Shown here piece by piece: positions 49,669 to 59,067 of a DNA stretch of 64,000 nucleotides; position 1 is the stretch's first letter, and each line of letters starts with the position of its first letter. Source of the DNA: Candidatus Bathyarchaeia archaeon (GTDB lineage: Archaea > Thermoproteota > Bathyarchaeia > 40CM-2-53-6); the NCBI GenBank assembly GCA_050013255.1, contig JBEKFP010000001.1:1-64000 (forward strand), in the 5' to 3' direction. The position numbers were made by a program, and so were the translations under genes. Under the pieces are notes generated by a model that searched no databases, had not been told where the DNA came from, and saw only the letters and a program-made list of their open reading frames with translations.

Positions 49669-51453
49669 TTGCGATTGTTACGAGTAGCCACACTAGACAA
49701 GGAGCATTGTAAACCCGACGATTGCGGAATACCTTGCTATCGGTTCTGCCCTGAAGTCTTGAACCGAAGGTACGCAATCAAGTTCATAGCCGGACAGAAA
49801 AAGCCGATCATAGATGAGGACCTCTGCACAGGCTGCGGAATCTGCATCAAGAAATGCCCCTTCGACGCCATCGGCATCGTAAAACTCCCACAGGAACTAG
49901 AGGGGGAATGTATTCATAGCTACGGCGTCAATGAATTCAAACTTTTCAGGCTGCCCGTCCCACAAACAGGGAAAGTCATAGGCCTCATCGGCCGCAACGG
50001 AACAGGCAAGAGTACAGCCCTCAAGATGCTGGCCAGCGAACTCACACCGAACTTCGGTTCGCTAGAAACACCCACCAACTGGGACACAGTCCTAACAAGG
50101 TACCGAGGAACATTACTGCACGAATACTTCAGCAAACTTGCAGCCAAGAAACTGAGAGTAGTTCACAAACCTCAACATGTCGACAAGCTCGCAACGGTTC
50201 TCGAAGGCAGGATCGGTCAACTACTCAAGAAGGTTGACGAGCGCAGTAAACTCCCCGAACTTGCCAAGGACCTTGAACTAGAAACACTCTTCGAGAGAGA
50301 ACCAAGCATGCTTAGTGGCGGCGAGTTGCAACGCGTCGCTATCGCGGCCGCCATTTCACGGGACGCAGATGTATACATTTTCGACGAACCCTCCAGCTAC
50401 CTGGACGTCTACCAAAGAATGCGGGCTGCACGAAGCATAAGGAAACTCGTCGGCGAGGCCAAGTCAGTGATTGTTGCTGAGCACGACCTGGCAATGCTCG
50501 ACTACTTATCTGACGAAGTCTATTTGGTCTATGGGCAACCAAGCTCGTATGGAATCGTCTCGCACGTCCACCCCACGAGGGGCGGAATCAACGACTATCT
50601 AATAGGATTCCTGCCCGATGAGAACATGCGTTTTCGAGACGAACCTATCCGTTTCCACGTAAGGCCACCGAGACAGGTAGACGCCGAATCACAAACCAAA
50701 CTAGAATGGCCACAGGTAAGCAAGACTGTTGGAAAATTCCACCTTCAAGTCGAAACGGGCTCCATAAAGTCGGGAGAAATTGTGGGCATACTGGGGGCCA
50801 ACGGGATTGGAAAAACCACATTCATCAAAGAACTGTTGGATTACTACAGTAGATCAGGCCAAAACCAGCTGCAGGTGAGTTACAAGCCCCAATACATCTC
50901 CTCAGCCTACGACGGAACGGTCGATGGGCTTCTCACAAGTGCCGCCGATGATTATTCCTCGGCCCTCTTTACCGACGAAGTGGTACGACCACTATCCATA
51001 ACGAAATTGCTTGACAGGAAGATCGATGAACTCAGTGGCGGTGAATTGCAGCGTGTTGCAATTGCGGCTTGTCTGGGGAAGTCAGCTCAAGTCTACTTGC
51101 TCGATGAGCCGAGCGCCTTCTTAGATGTCGAAGAAAGGTTGAACGTGGCCAAAGCATTGAGGCATTTGGTAGATTCACGCCAATCTTTCGCTTTCGTGGT
51201 TGAGCATGACATAGTCGCCCAAGATTTCCTTGCAGACCGCATCATGGTCTTCAAGGGTTTACCAAGCATCAGCGGCCAGGGTTCCACTCCAATGCCAATG
51301 CGTGACGCGATGAACGATTTCCTTTGCGAGATGGGTATAACGTTCAGGCGCGACCCCGAAACCAAACGGCCACGCATAAACAAGGTCGATAGCAAGTTGG
51401 ATAAAGAGCAGAAAAATTCTGGCGAGTTCTACTACGCTGCAGCTACTGAATAG
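49669..51453 (+). CDS. rli: ribosome recycling ATPase ABCE1/RLI
   Basis: Fe-S domain CTGCGICIKKCPF; two ABC domains with LSGGELQR. Confidence 0.97.
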   Translation: MRLLRVATLDKEHCKPDDCGIPCYRFCPEVLNRRYAIKFIAGQKKPIIDEDLCTGCGICIKKCPFDAIGIVKLPQELEGECIHSYGVNEFKLFRLPVPQTGKVIGLIGRNGTGKSTALKMLASELTPNFGSLETPTNWDTVLTRYRGTLLHEYFSKLAAKKLRVVHKPQHVDKLATVLEGRIGQLLKKVDERSKLPELAKDLELETLFEREPSMLSGGELQRVAIAAAISRDADVYIFDEPSSYLDVYQRMRAARSIRKLVGEAKSVIVAEHDLAMLDYLSDEVYLVYGQPSSYGIVSHVHPTRGGINDYLIGFLPDENMRFRDEPIRFHVRPPRQVDAESQTKLEWPQVSKTVGKFHLQVETGSIKSGEIVGILGANGIGKTTFIKELLDYYSRSGQNQLQVSYKPQYISSAYDGTVDGLLTSAADDYSSALFTDEVVRPLSITKLLDRKIDELSGGELQRVAIAACLGKSAQVYLLDEPSAFLDVEERLNVAKALRHLVDSRQSFAFVVEHDIVAQDFLADRIMVFKGLPSISGQGSTPMPMRDAMNDFLCEMGITFRRDPETKRPRINKVDSKLDKEQKNSGEFYYAAATE

Positions 51454-51493
51454 GCTGCTACAGGTTTAACTAGCGCGCTTCCAACCTACTCGC

Positions 51494-51724
51494 ATGGAGA
51501 CCAAACGCCAAGTGACAACGAACTACTGCCTCGAATGTGGTGGAATACTAAGCTACGATACCGCACTCAAGCAGTACACGTGCAAAAGCTGCGGCCTCAC
51601 GGTGAGCGCCCAGCAATTAATGGAAGGCCGACTCAAGATTCGGGAACAAGAATCGCCCGAAGAGCAACGTAGGCGCAAGCAGAACGAGTACTTGAAATGG
51701 TGGCTCTCGAAGAAAGCTGATTAG
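51494..51724 (+). CDS. small zinc-ribbon protein
   Basis: CLECGG...CKSCG...EYLKWWL. Confidence 0.75.
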   Translation: METKRQVTTNYCLECGGILSYDTALKQYTCKSCGLTVSAQQLMEGRLKIREQESPEEQRRRKQNEYLKWWLSKKAD

Positions 51725-51827
51725 GATTCAACCATTTCCTGTTACGAACGTAACAGGTCCCCGTGAGTTTTCCAGAAGATATGCTGTTTAATCGGTAATT
51801 CCACACCTCTATTGAGGGTAAATTAGA

Positions 51828-52640
51828 TTGCCCTGCACCGTCGAGATACTCTCCATCGGAAACGAGCTCCTGCTAGGGAATACTGTCAACACTAATGCTT
51901 CGTGGATTGCAACCCAGGTCACAAAGCTTGGAGGGAAGGTGAATCAAATAACGACCGTCGCCGACAACCTGAACGAAATTTCTCGAACAGTACTAGAGGC
52001 GTTGGAAAGGAAACCCAACCTACTAATCCTGACGGGCGGAATCGGTCCCACCTTTGACGATATGACCCTCAGAGGAGTCGCAAGGGCTCTCGGCTTGCGA
52101 ATTAGACTCAACAAGTCCGCTGTTGAGATGATTCGAACGCATTACGCCCGAAGATTTCCAAACCGAAGAATTACTTTATCAAAACCTCGCCTAAAGATGG
52201 CATTAATTCCTGTTACGTCTATGCCTGTGATTAACCCGATTGGAACAGCACCCGCCGTTAGATTGAAGGTACTTGGCACAGAAATTTTCTGTTTACCGGG
52301 CGTACCCAGCGAAGCAAAAGCAATTTTCAAAGGAACTGTTTCGAAAGCCGTCAGCGCAAAGACGCAGGGGATGACATTCGTAGAGAAGTGGATCAGGGTT
52401 CAAGGCATAATGGAGTCCTCGCTGGCACCGATTATTGACCGTGTTATGCGGCAATGGCCTGGTGTCTACGTTAAGTCTCATCCTAGAGGAGTCGAAGCAA
52501 GTGGTCGGCCGAACCTCGAACTCCACTTTTCCATCTCCTCGAAATCACGATTGAAGGCACGGGAATCTGTTGTCGGTGCAGTTAACGATCTGAAGAAGGA
52601 GCTCGAGAATTATGGGGCGCGAGTTACAGATTCTGCATGA
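51828..52640 (+). CDS. CinA-like molybdopterin-binding domain protein
   Basis: IGNELLLG...NTNA, TGGIGPTFDDMT, GTAP, LPGVPSE. Confidence 0.9.
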   Translation: MPCTVEILSIGNELLLGNTVNTNASWIATQVTKLGGKVNQITTVADNLNEISRTVLEALERKPNLLILTGGIGPTFDDMTLRGVARALGLRIRLNKSAVEMIRTHYARRFPNRRITLSKPRLKMALIPVTSMPVINPIGTAPAVRLKVLGTEIFCLPGVPSEAKAIFKGTVSKAVSAKTQGMTFVEKWIRVQGIMESSLAPIIDRVMRQWPGVYVKSHPRGVEASGRPNLELHFSISSKSRLKARESVVGAVNDLKKELENYGARVTDSA

Positions 52641-52662
52641 AGATTACGAATGAGTTCAGTAG

Positions 52663-54483
52663 TCAGAGCCCCACGTAACGTTGCACGTTTTCTTCTATGA
52701 CCTTTAGGCTGCTCCGCCAGAAATCCGGTTTTTTGAGGTCAATTTCAAACCTCCGCGCAAGTTCCGCTGGCGACGTTTCTCCCGTGCTGGCCAATAGAGC
52801 TTCATAATCCTTCACGAAACGATGACCACGCTCTTTGTAAATTGAATACAACCCTGTTCCAAAAAGCAGGCCGAATGCGTAGGGGTAGTTGTAGAATGAA
52901 AAGGCTGGAATGTAGTAGTGAACTTTCCACGCCCACATGAATTTGTGGAGGAAACGTTCGTCCAGAGCCTCACCGTAAGTAGCCTTTTGGCATCTCAGCA
53001 TAATCTCGCAAAAGTCATCTGCCGACAGTTCGGAGTTAACCCGGCGCTCAAAGACCTCCTTCTCGAAAAGGAATCGTGAAGTTATGTCAACGACCACTTG
53101 TGTCGCTCCTGCTAGTGACGTTTCTAGGATGGCCAGTTCTTCCTCACGATTTGCAGCTTCGGATAAGACGGCGTTCGAGATTATGGTCTCATTCATGATT
53201 GAGGCAGTCTCAGCCAAGGTCATCGGGGTAATTCTTTGCAGTATCGTTTTGCCAACCTGGCATTCATTGTGGAATGCATGCCCCAATTCATGGGCAACGG
53301 TCGAGACCTGTTCGAGTGACCCATCGAAATTGCACAGTATGCGTGACTCTTCTACCCCGGGCACATCCATGCAGAAAGCACCTCCCCGTTTACCGTTGCG
53401 TGGTTCCGCATCAATCCAATGATTATCAAAGGCCTTCTGCGCTAACGTGGCTAGACGGTCACTGAAGCTTCGGAATTGAGTTACGAGGAACTTCTCAGTC
53501 TCCGCCCAACTATAGCGACGTTCGCTTTTGCCGACTGGTGCGAAGAGATCCCACCACGGGAGCTTCTCCCCGCCTAATAACTTCGCTTTGGCGAGAAGAT
53601 ATCGCCGGAAGATAGGAAACGACTCCCGCATTGTCGCCATCATTGTATTGAGAGTCTCACGGTCAATCCTTGAGGTGTCGAGTGACGCATGAAGTGCGTC
53701 GATTCGACCACGTCGCTTGTCCAGCGTGTTTACGCTGCCCTTGACTCCGTTCAGGGCAGCCGCCAATGGTTCACGTACGATCTCCCAGGCTGCCAGCTCA
53801 GCCTCGTATGCGCGGCGGCGAATTTCAGGGTCAGGATGAGTGTTGAGGTTCTGCAATGCTGTAATTGGGAATTTCTGCTTCTTGCCCTCCAATTCAAAAT
53901 CGACGTTAACCTGTGAGCAGACAGTGCCTTGCATTTTCCCCCATGCATTTGACCCGCTGAGCTCAAGGTCTGCCGCGAGAGATTCCTCTGCATCGGTCAT
54001 CAGGAAACGGCTCTGCTCTGCTGTTTCGCGAAGATAGAAGCCATGAGCCTGAGCTACACCTGCCTGGGCCAAGGCTTGAGGTAAGAGCGATGCGATGGTC
54101 CCGACCCATCCTTTGAAGAACACCTCTTGCTTCTGTAATCTGACACCGACCATCTCCAGTTCTGATTGCAGGCGCTTTGCTATGGTATTGTAGGAGTCGG
54201 TCGACACGTACGATCCCACGTATGCGTGGAGAGTTGAGTACAGGCGGAGTGCTGCGTTCGTAAGAGCCAAGTATTCGTCAATAGCGGATTTCACTTCTCC
54301 AGTAGCTGTCTCGGGTTTGTTAGCTGGCGCCCTGGAAATCTTATGGTCGACTATGTAGGCGTCAATCGCGTTGAGTTGGAATTTCAAATCAGCAAATGCC
54401 TTCTTGAACTGCTCTGAATCCAGAGCGGGGTAGACATTAGAAAGGTCCCATCTAGGTAACGTTCCAGGATCGTGATTCACCAA
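52663..54483 (-). CDS. pepF: M3B oligoendopeptidase F
   Basis: KRGGAFC, HELGHAFH, LAETAS, FYNYPYAFG. Confidence 0.93.
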   Translation of the reverse strand: MVNHDPGTLPRWDLSNVYPALDSEQFKKAFADLKFQLNAIDAYIVDHKISRAPANKPETATGEVKSAIDEYLALTNAALRLYSTLHAYVGSYVSTDSYNTIAKRLQSELEMVGVRLQKQEVFFKGWVGTIASLLPQALAQAGVAQAHGFYLRETAEQSRFLMTDAEESLAADLELSGSNAWGKMQGTVCSQVNVDFELEGKKQKFPITALQNLNTHPDPEIRRRAYEAELAAWEIVREPLAAALNGVKGSVNTLDKRRGRIDALHASLDTSRIDRETLNTMMATMRESFPIFRRYLLAKAKLLGGEKLPWWDLFAPVGKSERRYSWAETEKFLVTQFRSFSDRLATLAQKAFDNHWIDAEPRNGKRGGAFCMDVPGVEESRILCNFDGSLEQVSTVAHELGHAFHNECQVGKTILQRITPMTLAETASIMNETIISNAVLSEAANREEELAILETSLAGATQVVVDITSRFLFEKEVFERRVNSELSADDFCEIMLRCQKATYGEALDERFLHKFMWAWKVHYYIPAFSFYNYPYAFGLLFGTGLYSIYKERGHRFVKDYEALLASTGETSPAELARRFEIDLKKPDFWRSSLKVIEENVQRYVGL

Positions 54484-54596
54484 ACACTAGTCCTCCTGCA
54501 ATACCTAGAGCCTGACTTTCCTAGTCCCATAAATTTTCCCATAGTACTCCAAATAGCCTTGGGCGTCATCTAGCCGTGGTCAGGATGTGTCTGAGG

Positions 54597-55361
54597 GTGA
54601 CAAACACTGTATTTTTGGTTGGGATGGCTGGTTCTGGGAAATCTTCTCTCACAGCTTCCTATTCGGAATGGTTGAAGAATAGTGATCAGGACGTTCTAGT
54701 TGCCAACTTCGACCCCGGCGCGACGGCTATACCATATAATCCTGACATCGATGCACGGAAGTACGTGGATGTGGAGAACTTAATGCTTGATTACAAGCTC
54801 GGGCCCAATGGTGCCTTAATCATGGCCTCCGATTTGCTAGCCGACCACTTGGAAGAGATTCGGGAGGAAGTTGAGGATGCCAACCCCGACATTCTCCTAG
54901 TAGACACGCCTGGTCAGATAGAGCTGTTCGCATTTAGGGAGGGAGGGCGTTTTATGGCAAACGAGTTAACCGGAGAGAAACGCGCAGTGATTTATTTGAT
55001 GGATGCACCCTTCGTTCGGTTCCCGCTCAACTTTGTCTCAAGCATATACCTCGCGGCCGCTATATCCAGTAGAATCATGCAACCCCAAGTCTATGCCCTT
55101 TCCAAAACTGACCTTGTCACGGATCAGGATGTTGATACGATACTCGAGTGGGCCACTGAGCCCGAAGCCTTCGCCGAATCATTGCGTAGCGTTGAAGAAC
55201 AAAACCTGTCCATGATTTCAATGAATTTGGCGACTGCAGTCTTCGAAAGCGGGTTGTTGTCCGAACCCATCCCGGTATCTTCGAAAGACAACTCAGGAAT
55301 GGTTGAACTCAACGCGGCTGTTACAAGAATTCTAACAGGCGGCGAAGAACAATCCTCGTGA
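54597..55361 (+). CDS. GPN-loop GTPase
   Basis: GMAGSGKS, DPG, LGPNG, DTPGQIE. Confidence 0.93.
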   Translation: MTNTVFLVGMAGSGKSSLTASYSEWLKNSDQDVLVANFDPGATAIPYNPDIDARKYVDVENLMLDYKLGPNGALIMASDLLADHLEEIREEVEDANPDILLVDTPGQIELFAFREGGRFMANELTGEKRAVIYLMDAPFVRFPLNFVSSIYLAAAISSRIMQPQVYALSKTDLVTDQDVDTILEWATEPEAFAESLRSVEEQNLSMISMNLATAVFESGLLSEPIPVSSKDNSGMVELNAAVTRILTGGEEQSS

Positions 55362-55434
55362 GGGATGATAATCAGACCATGCTTAAGGATCTTGATTGAA
55401 ACTGCACAATTCAGTTCAAGGGTCGATTGAATTT

Positions 55435-56139
55435 ATGCCACCAGCAACGGTTGAACGAATTCTTCAATCTGCGCGGAGCCAAAAGAGAAAGTACCTCCTT
55501 GAACCCGAAGCTAAAGAAATCTGTCTAGCCTACGGTATGCCCACACCTGCCTTTGGCGTCGCGCAAAACCCTTCTGAGGCGAGAGAGCTAGCAAGTGAAA
55601 TTGGGTTCCCTGTCGTCCTGAAGGTTGTTTCCCAAGATGTTTTGCATAAGACCGAAGCTGGAGGTGTCCTTCTTGACCTGAATTCAAAGGAACAGGTTGA
55701 AGATGGGTATAACCAAATTATCTCCAAAGTCCGAGCCTTTGATGATAAGGCTAGAATTTCCGGCGTCCTGGTGCAACACATGGCTCCTAAGGGTATAGAG
55801 GTAATCGTCGGAGGGCTTCGAGATAGCCAGTTCGGCCCGACCGTTTTATTCGGCCTTGGCGGAATCTTTGTTGAAGTTCTCAAGGACGCCAGCTTTAGGG
55901 TATCGCCCCTGAGTGAACTCGACTCCCGCCAGATGATCCGAGAGATTCACGCCTATTCGATTCTGCAGGGCGCCAGGGGCCAACCTGCGTCAGACGAAGA
56001 GGCAATCGTTCGAATTCTACAATCGACTTCGAAGATCATGATGGAAAACCAAGCAATACAACAAATGGACCTCAACCCAGTCATCGTGTACGCGAGAGGC
56101 GCCAACATAGTCGACGCAAGGATCATACTCGGCGAATAA
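55435..56139 (+). CDS. acdB: ADP-forming acyl-CoA synthetase beta subunit (ATP-grasp)
   Basis: FPVVLKVVS...HKTEAGGV, FGPTVLFGLGGIFVE, DLNPV, VDARI. Confidence 0.9.
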   Translation: MPPATVERILQSARSQKRKYLLEPEAKEICLAYGMPTPAFGVAQNPSEARELASEIGFPVVLKVVSQDVLHKTEAGGVLLDLNSKEQVEDGYNQIISKVRAFDDKARISGVLVQHMAPKGIEVIVGGLRDSQFGPTVLFGLGGIFVEVLKDASFRVSPLSELDSRQMIREIHAYSILQGARGQPASDEEAIVRILQSTSKIMMENQAIQQMDLNPVIVYARGANIVDARIILGE

Positions 56140-56307
56140 GAACACGGTTACACCACACAACGCATTATATACAGCGCCCAGACTGTTTGCATGCATCCCA
56201 GACCGCGTGTTCACTTTGAAACTTATGTACTCGCGACGGTTTGCTTCACTTCTTGGAGTGCGCCTGTTCAGCAGTGGGAATGAAGTGGCCGCCTAGGTGG
56301 TAGTGGA

Positions 56308-57204
56308 ATGGATTCGGCTACGCTCGAAACACCCGTCGAGAACCTGTACCGAGAACTGGAAACATTGAAGGAAAGAAATGCTGCAAAGAAAGCTAAGATC
56401 AGCCTTCTCAGGGAACAGATCGAAGAGATTGTAAAGAAACGTGACACGCTCAATTCGGAGGTCAAGCGTACATCTGAAGAGACAAGGGAAGTAAAAGGGA
56501 AACGAGATTCACTAAATGCAAAGGTAAAGGAACTCAAAGATAAGCGGGACGCGCTAAGAGTGCTGGCTTCCCAGAAGCGGGAGGCCCTCTCAAAGCTTCT
56601 CGAACAGGCTAGGCGGATATCAGAGCAACTACAAGGGAGCATGTCCGAGCTTTCAAGACAGATAAAGGGCTTAGAATGGTTCATTCAAACCAATCCGCTT
56701 TCCACGAAGGCCGAAAGGAACCTTGTGGCGAAAATCGGTGCTTTGGAAGGTAACCTAGCCAAGCACAAGGGCCTGAGGAATGTGAAAGATAAACTCTTAC
56801 AATTGAGAGTTGAAGTTGGCGCGTTAAGGTTGCAAGCACAAGCCACTCACGAAGAACTCACAAAAGTAGCTGAGGAGAGCGAGAAGATCCATGCAACCAT
56901 GCAAGAACTCGTTAAGATTTTGGTAGCGAAAAGGAAGGAAGCGGACGCGAAGCATTCGGAGTACCTCGAAAAGAACCAAGAACGCCGTGATGTGGTGGCT
57001 GAGCTAAGAGCAAACCTAGAGCGTTTGGACAAGGTTCGAGCTCAGATAGGCGAAGCCAAGACTATTCCAAAGCTCAAGGGAGAGAAGCTGAAATCGAAAT
57101 ACAAGGAAGCAGCGAATGAGAAGCTTCGCACGGGTGGAAAACTATCATTCGAAGAGTTTCAGGCGCTAATGGACGACGGCGGTTCGGAAGATGACGACGA
57201 ATAA
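56308..57204 (+). CDS. conserved archaeal coiled-coil protein
   Basis: Heptad repeats; LEWFIQT; GKLSFEEF. Confidence 0.8.
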   Translation: MDSATLETPVENLYRELETLKERNAAKKAKISLLREQIEEIVKKRDTLNSEVKRTSEETREVKGKRDSLNAKVKELKDKRDALRVLASQKREALSKLLEQARRISEQLQGSMSELSRQIKGLEWFIQTNPLSTKAERNLVAKIGALEGNLAKHKGLRNVKDKLLQLRVEVGALRLQAQATHEELTKVAEESEKIHATMQELVKILVAKRKEADAKHSEYLEKNQERRDVVAELRANLERLDKVRAQIGEAKTIPKLKGEKLKSKYKEAANEKLRTGGKLSFEEFQALMDDGGSEDDDE

Positions 57205-57222
57205 GACCGGTGTTGATAGTTT

Positions 57223-57996
57223 ATGCCCAGAATTGCGGTAATTGGCGGAAGCGGCCTCGAAGGATTACTCCAAGGCTCACAAACAATTCATCTGGAAACA
57301 CCTTACGGACCTGCCCCACCAATAGCAGTTGGTTCGATCGGTAACGAACAAGTCGCATTCTTACCGAGACATGGGCCGAGACATGACCTTCCGCCTCACA
57401 AAGTCAACTATAGGGCCAACCTGTCCGCGCTAAAGCAACTCCGGGTGGAACGCGTCATAGCGACAAATGCGGTCGGTGCTATGAACGCAAGCTACAACCC
57501 AGGCGACATGGCCGTCCCCGAAGACATTTTGGATATGACCAAATCGCGAGTTGCAACATATTTCGAGAGCGCACCGGTAACGCACATCGATGTCTCCCAA
57601 CCGTATTGCCCCGACCTCCGCAAAATCCTGATAGAATCATGCAACGGCGCGGGAGCGAAGACATGGGGCAATGCGATTCTTGCCGCAACTGAGGGGCCGC
57701 GGTATGAGACCCCAGCTGAGATCCGAATGTTGCGAATGCTAGGCGGCGACATTGTTGGAATGACCGGTGCACCCGAAGTTTTTCTGGCCAGGGAACAGGA
57801 GTTGTGTTATTCGACGCTGTGCTTCATTTCAAACCGAGCTGCTGGAATGCAGGAGAGGTTGTCCGCTAGGGAGGTCACGGAAACCGGTAACAAAGTCATG
57901 TCTCAAGTCCTCACCATCATACGTAAAGCCGTGGAGAGCATCCCTGCAGAACGAACGTGCCCGTGCGTAAAGGCGATGGACCAAGCGCGAGCGTGA
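57223..57996 (+). CDS. mtnP: methylthioadenosine / purine nucleoside phosphorylase
   Basis: IGGSG, LPRHG, VNYRAN, EGPRYETPAE, VGMT. Confidence 0.92.
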   Translation: MPRIAVIGGSGLEGLLQGSQTIHLETPYGPAPPIAVGSIGNEQVAFLPRHGPRHDLPPHKVNYRANLSALKQLRVERVIATNAVGAMNASYNPGDMAVPEDILDMTKSRVATYFESAPVTHIDVSQPYCPDLRKILIESCNGAGAKTWGNAILAATEGPRYETPAEIRMLRMLGGDIVGMTGAPEVFLAREQELCYSTLCFISNRAAGMQERLSAREVTETGNKVMSQVLTIIRKAVESIPAERTCPCVKAMDQARA

Positions 57997-58000
57997 ACCC

Positions 58001-58783
58001 ATGCTACCAACCTTCCTCAAAACAATTGGCGCCTACACTATCTATGAAAAATGGCTCGGAGATCAAATCGCCTCGAATGAAATGCCGGAGCACGTTGGTA
58101 TCATACTCGACGGCAACAGAAGATGGGGCATCGAGAAATATGGCGATAGACTTGACGGCCACTTATACGGAGCACGAACGGGCGAAGATTTCCTACAATG
58201 GTGCTTAGACCTAGGCATCAAGACAGTAACGCTCTACGTTTTCTCCACTGAGAACTTCCGTAGACCAAGAGAAGAGGTCAACACTATACTCAAACTGATT
58301 GAGAACGAAGCAAGGAAACTCATTACGGACCGGCGAATCCACGAGAACAAGGTGCACGTGAAAGCGATTGGCCGCATTGAACTGCTACCTGAATCACTAA
58401 AAGGGGTTTTGAACGAGGTGGAAAAGGTAACTGCGGCATACGACCAGCATTACCTAAACATTGCCGTCGCCTACGGTGGCCGCGCTGAAATTGTTGATGC
58501 CGCGAAGCGGATCATTGACGAGGTCAAAAGCGGCTCGTTGGATGAAGGGGCAGTAGATGAGGACATGTTTCAGAAGTACCTGTACACATCACACCTTCCG
58601 AACCCCTACCCGGAGTTGATAATTCGTACTTCAGGTGAAGAGCGACTTAGCGGGTTCCTACTTTGGCAGGCTGCTTACAGCGAGTTCGTCTTCTTAGACG
58701 TCTTCTGGCCTGAATTTCGCCGGATAGACCTACTAAGGGCTGTTCGGACATACCAGCGCCGAAGACGCCGGTACGGCAAATAG
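58001..58783 (+). CDS. uppS: cis-prenyltransferase (polyprenyl diphosphate synthase)
   Basis: HVGIILDGNRRW, FSTENF, YGGR, IRTSGEERLSGFLLWQ. Confidence 0.95.
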   Translation: MLPTFLKTIGAYTIYEKWLGDQIASNEMPEHVGIILDGNRRWGIEKYGDRLDGHLYGARTGEDFLQWCLDLGIKTVTLYVFSTENFRRPREEVNTILKLIENEARKLITDRRIHENKVHVKAIGRIELLPESLKGVLNEVEKVTAAYDQHYLNIAVAYGGRAEIVDAAKRIIDEVKSGSLDEGAVDEDMFQKYLYTSHLPNPYPELIIRTSGEERLSGFLLWQAAYSEFVFLDVFWPEFRRIDLLRAVRTYQRRRRRYGK

Positions 58784-59067
58784 AATCACGAAACGCGGAC
58801 CCGGTGGGTATCCTCACTTATAGGCTTCCAGAGGGCCCCGTCAACCAATGGCTAGCTATGTGTCAAGCATTCCTTACCTTGAATTTGTCTTTCTTACCTA
58901 CGCTTCGAAAAACAGCCCTATGCCAAAGTTGACACGGCCTAATCCATACAAATCATCATGAAAGTGTAACCAAGCCTTATCTTCGCACTTTCTGAGCAGC
59001 CGATAGCCCACGATAGTTGCTAATGTGACAAGTTTGGTGCATTCCCTGCGGCGAGCATGAACCAACA